This document shows, one piece after another, positions 60,408 through 64,000 of a stretch of DNA of 64,000 bases. Location: NCBI GenBank assembly GCA_963817915.1, contig CAWFQL010000012.1, forward strand, positions 32,001 through 96,000, read 5' to 3'. The DNA is from an uncultured candidate division Zixibacteria bacterium. Its GTDB lineage: Bacteria; Zixibacteria; MSB-5A5; UBA10806. Within the stretch, counting starts at the first letter, position 1. Every line of letters starts with the position of its first letter. The notes beneath the pieces are model-generated. The model did not search any database. It saw only the letters and a list, made by a program, of their open reading frames with translations, and had not been told where the DNA came from. The position numbers and the translations under genes are program-made.

Positions 60408-61688
60408 TTGGATAGAATTGATTTTCCATTGACAGGTAACAGCCTCATAATGGCGATTGTCATTCTTATTCATGTATTTCTGGCGTTTATCGCAGTCGGT
60501 GGCTCTACAATGGCGGTCTATTCAGAGTGGCGGGGAAGAAGAAAAGAAGACGAGGATTTTGTGACTCTTGCTCGTCGTGTATCTAAATTTTTGTCGGATA
60601 TGATGAAAATCAACGGCGTGTTAGGTGTCGCCATAGTTGTCCTATCAATCGGGTTATGGGGGACATTTTCCCGCCTGCTGTATTCTGCACTATTCTGGCC
60701 ATTCGTAATCGAAGGCTTATTCTTTTTGATTCTAATGACTTTTTCGATTCTCTACAATAATTCCTGGGATAAGGCATCAAAGAATACTCATTTATTCTAT
60801 GGAATCATGACAGCCCTGGCGGCGATTGTGTCGGCGTTTTTGATAAATTCAATATGGGCGTTCATGATGATTCCCGGTAATTGGATTGTGTCGCAAAATC
60901 GCTGGGACGCCTTTCTGAATCCGATCGTATTCGAATCATTCCTGCATATGCTGATCCCATGCCTGCTTAACGCTTCTTTGGCGATCTTTCTATGGACATA
61001 TTGGAAATCCAGGAGCGGTTTGGATTTTGAATACTATCTTAAAATAAACAAGACGTTCGCCAAGATCGCCGGTGTGCTGATATTCCTACAGCCGTTGTCC
61101 GGGCTTGGTTTCCTGCTTAAAATAAAGTCGGCGACTCAAAATTTGACGGCGCCTAATCCCTGGGGGCAGATTGCCAATGGTTTATCGACGCCGTTTTTCC
61201 AGTCAATGATAGGGCTGGCATTACTGGCAGTGATTTGTGCCATTCTATTTTGGATTTTTGGATATCAGAAAGGGCGGAAATTTCTCATTGGAGTCGCGGT
61301 GTTCGTTTCCATCGCTTTTGTTTTTGGCGCTTTCACTCGAGAGCGAGCCCGCAAGCCTTATTTGGTTTGGGGTGCGATGTATATGAACCAGAAAATGATG
61401 AATGAACTGGTCGAGATTAATGCGGCGACCGACCCAACCCAGACGCTTGCTATTAATGGTGAGCGATTATTGAAAGACTGGGAATGTCGTTCATGCCACA
61501 CGCTTCAAGGCACGGGAGGCAATACCGGTCCCGCGCTATTGGAATTGGACAGCAAATACAATGAGGAAAATCTAGCCCTATATCTCAAGAACCCACCCGC
61601 AGACATGCCGCCATTTACGGGAAGCGAAGCGGATCTGCAAACTCTTGTGAAATATCTGCTTCATTCTTCAGAACACAAGGTCGAATAG
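60408..61688 (+). CDS. Cytochrome bd oxidase subunit I-like protein fused to a C-terminal monoheme cytochrome c
   Basis: IHVF, FLHM, RERARKPY in CydA-like positions; CRSCH...GP.L...MPPF; AGGAGG RBS before TTG. Confidence 0.75.
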   Translation: MDRIDFPLTGNSLIMAIVILIHVFLAFIAVGGSTMAVYSEWRGRRKEDEDFVTLARRVSKFLSDMMKINGVLGVAIVVLSIGLWGTFSRLLYSALFWPFVIEGLFFLILMTFSILYNNSWDKASKNTHLFYGIMTALAAIVSAFLINSIWAFMMIPGNWIVSQNRWDAFLNPIVFESFLHMLIPCLLNASLAIFLWTYWKSRSGLDFEYYLKINKTFAKIAGVLIFLQPLSGLGFLLKIKSATQNLTAPNPWGQIANGLSTPFFQSMIGLALLAVICAILFWIFGYQKGRKFLIGVAVFVSIAFVFGAFTRERARKPYLVWGAMYMNQKMMNELVEINAATDPTQTLAINGERLLKDWECRSCHTLQGTGGNTGPALLELDSKYNEENLALYLKNPPADMPPFTGSEADLQTLVKYLLHSSEHKVE

Positions 61689-61704
61689 AAGTCAGCAAAA
61701 AGTA

Positions 61705-62223
61705 TTAATTTTTGAAATCGAAATTTCGTCTTTTCCCGAACCATCGCGGTGTCGATCTTATGTAATTGACATAAGTTTCGCCGTGTTTCTTTATCAGGTG
61801 CGGCTCCTCGCCGAAGACAACCATGAGATGAAAATAAATCCACATTACTATTGCATAGATCAAAATCGCAGGATATCCAAAGAAGATTGACTCGCCAATT
61901 AGAACGGTGATAACGCCCAAATACATCGGGTTTCTCGAATATCGATATATTCCAGCATTAACCAGGAGGCCGGGCTCTTCGCCTAAGATTGCCTTAAATG
62001 GTTTTGAGAAGTATATGGCAGGGGTACCTTTGCCCTTGGAAACAAAAAGACCCGCGCATCCGATATAAAGCAGAGCCCCAGCCGGCATCAATATAAGCCC
62101 GATATATTTTAAAGGGCCGATATCAATTCTATATGCCCACTCCTTCGCAATCAGGTATGGGACAATTGTCGTACCTATACCGGGTATGGCCATTGTAAAT
62201 ATGATTGTGCGAATAATATTCAT
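61705..62223 (-). CDS. Isoprenylcysteine carboxylmethyltransferase/PEMT family membrane protein
   Basis: GKGTP, GIYRYSRNPMYLG, EEPHL...G..Y..Y...PRW. Confidence 0.88.
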   Translation of the reverse strand: MNIIRTIIFTMAIPGIGTTIVPYLIAKEWAYRIDIGPLKYIGLILMPAGALLYIGCAGLFVSKGKGTPAIYFSKPFKAILGEEPGLLVNAGIYRYSRNPMYLGVITVLIGESIFFGYPAILIYAIVMWIYFHLMVVFGEEPHLIKKHGETYVNYIRSTPRWFGKRRNFDFKN

Positions 62224-62268
62224 TTTCGAACTCGATCTTCCTTATCATCTCAAAGCAGTCTAAAACAA

Positions 62269-62292
62269 AGGGGTTCAAAATTTTGAACCCCT
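62269..62292. terminator. Perfect 24-bp palindrome downstream of secA (terminator/REP-like)
   Basis: AGGGGTTCAAAATTTTGAACCCCT, T-rich 3' side on the minus strand. Confidence 0.75.
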
Positions 62293-62312
62293 ATGAAACA
62301 GCTTATTCGATT

Positions 62313-64000
62313 TCATTTCCCATGGCAGTGCTTATATTTTTTGCCGCTTCCGCAAGGGCAGGGGTCATTGCGGCCAGGAGTTTTTTCGACTCGAATGGGC
62401 TTAATTTTTTCTTCGCCTCGCTCGGCGGCCTCTTCCATAGGTGAGACCCGGCCTTCCGGCAATCCGGCTGAGATTCCCATTCCGACTGCTGATTGCTTGG
62501 CGGCGACCATTTGGCCGCGCGGCATCCTGGTCGGTTCGCTGGCGGGCTTCATCTTGTAAATCATCCCGACAACTTCTTCATCCATACGGGCCATCATGGT
62601 TTCGAATGCGGCGTAGGCTTCTTTTTTGTATTCAATAACAGGGTCGCGTTGGCCATAGGCTCTCAATCCGATACCGGTTTTGAGGTGATCCATCTCATAG
62701 AGATGCTCTTTCCAATTGTTGTCATAGACCGAGAGAAACGCAAATCGTTCCAATTGCCGCATGATCTCTTCGCTGAGAATCTGCTCTTTATCGTTGTAGA
62801 TTTTGAGAGCGGCATTGGTAACATCTTCGATTACCTTATGCTGATTGAGATTTTCGATCTCATTTTCAGGGTAATGAATATCAAGCAGGAATATTTTTCG
62901 CAGCTCTTCACGAAGGCCGAGCAGATTCCAATTTTCAGGATATGATTTTTCAGGGCAATACTCCCATACCTTTTTCTCTACAATAACATGCACCATTTCC
63001 TGCGCGTCATTTTTCAGATTCTTGCCCTGCAAAAATTCATTGCGCCGTTCGTAAATAACCTCGCGCTGTGAATTCATGACATTATCGTATTCGACCAGGT
63101 TTTTCCTGATCGAGAAGTTATTGTACTCGACCTGTTTTCTGGCGCGTTCGATTGCTTTTGTAACCATGCTGTGATTGATTGCCTCGCCCTCTTTCCAGCC
63201 GAGAGTATCCATGACTTTTTCAATTCGTCCGCCGCCGAAAATACGCATCATGTCATCTTCGAGCGATAGATAGAATGTGGAAGACCCGGGATCACCCTGA
63301 CGGCCCGCGCGGCCTCTAAGCTGACGATCTATACGGCGCGATTCATGCAGGTCGGTACCGATGATATGCAGCCCGCAGGGGACATCATCATCACATATCA
63401 ATTCTTTATAGAATGGGCACTCATTATCGGGATTCATGCGCGCGATCAGCATGCAGGCATTTGATTTGACTACTTCTTTGGCTAATTTGATATCTGTTCC
63501 GCGGCCTGCCATATTGGTGGCAATAGTTACCGCCCCCTGATTGCCTGCCTTGGATACTATTTCCGCTTCCTGCTGATGGTATTTGGCATTTAGGACAGAA
63601 TGTCCGATACCCTGACGTTTGAGCATCTTCGATAATGTCTCCGAGACCTCGACCGAAATCGTACCGACAAGAACCGGGATATTTCTACTATGCAGTCTGA
63701 CAATCTCTTCAATGATAGCATTATATTTTTCTCTGCGTGTGCGGTAAATCGTATCATCGAAATCTAATCGTCGCACAGGCTGATTGGTTGGGATTACTAT
63801 TACATCGAGTTTGTATATTTCAAAGAATTCAGCCGCCTCGGTCTCGGCAGTACCGGTCATACCGGCCAATTTGCTGTACATTCTGAAAAAGTTTTGCAGA
63901 GTGATAGTGGCCAGAGTCTGGGTTTCGCCCTCGATATTTACGCCTTCTTTGGCTTCGATTGCCTGATGGAGTCCGTCGGAGTAACGGCGCCCCGGCATCA
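62313..64000 (-). CDS. secA: Preprotein translocase ATPase SecA, 3' part (5' end outside the window)
   Basis: GRRYSDGLHQAIEAKE, GMTGTA, ATNMAGRGTDI, QLRGRAGRQGDPG, C-terminal CPCGSGKKYKHCHG. Confidence 0.97.
   Translation of the reverse strand, partial: MPGRRYSDGLHQAIEAKEGVNIEGETQTLATITLQNFFRMYSKLAGMTGTAETEAAEFFEIYKLDVIVIPTNQPVRRLDFDDTIYRTRREKYNAIIEEIVRLHSRNIPVLVGTISVEVSETLSKMLKRQGIGHSVLNAKYHQQEAEIVSKAGNQGAVTIATNMAGRGTDIKLAKEVVKSNACMLIARMNPDNECPFYKELICDDDVPCGLHIIGTDLHESRRIDRQLRGRAGRQGDPGSSTFYLSLEDDMMRIFGGGRIEKVMDTLGWKEGEAINHSMVTKAIERARKQVEYNNFSIRKNLVEYDNVMNSQREVIYERRNEFLQGKNLKNDAQEMVHVIVEKKVWEYCPEKSYPENWNLLGLREELRKIFLLDIHYPENEIENLNQHKVIEDVTNAALKIYNDKEQILSEEIMRQLERFAFLSVYDNNWKEHLYEMDHLKTGIGLRAYGQRDPVIEYKKEAYAAFETMMARMDEEVVGMIYKMKPASEPTRMPRGQMVAAKQSAVGMGISAGLPEGRVSPMEEAAERGEEKIKPIRVEKTPGRNDPCPCGSGKKYKHCHGK

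Noticed and set aside
1..64000. Genome-wide UGA reassignment (code 4/25) as the explanation of the two in-frame TGAs
   Set aside because: TGA ends genes at their natural C-termini (secA, lpxB, waaA, nadB, often as ATGA overlaps), and Trp/Gly use standard codons. The two internal TGAs sit specifically at Cys positions.

Overview
64 kb of bacterial chromosome with mostly housekeeping and envelope genes: dnaE, a lipid A operon (lpxC-fabZ fusion, lpxA, gnnA-like, lpxB, DUF374, waaA, lpxK), nadB, guaA, hppA, ugd, comM and a partial secA. The lpxC-fabZ fusion, a PorV-family gene and four proteins with YPNPFN-type C-terminal sorting domains point to an FCB-group diderm, possibly Zixibacteria-like (inference). 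I saw no rRNA, tRNA, CRISPR array, integrase or transposase. The best signals are not in the ORF track. (1) Two genes are interrupted by an in-frame TGA exactly at a family-conserved Cys: an AhpD/CMD-like protein (C-P-F-U) with a good bacterial SECIS-like hairpin, and an exported DUF1573 protein (U-G-C) with a non-canonical hairpin. Both are candidate selenoproteins. (2) An AT-rich four-gene cassette at 1.8-6.1 kb has a divergent lysozyme/lytic-transglycosylase-like ORF flanked by two paralogous exported proteins sharing a C-terminal NEATWLRVGW motif, resembling a cell-wall toxin/immunity locus. (3) A SLOG/DprA-like plus AbiGi/ART-like fusion protein. (4) A stand-alone cytochrome bd subunit I-like protein fused to cytochrome c. 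About eleven single-base frameshifts, nearly all +1 insertions and including guaA and hppA, are most likely consensus errors. All protein calls come from motif recognition; no database search was run.
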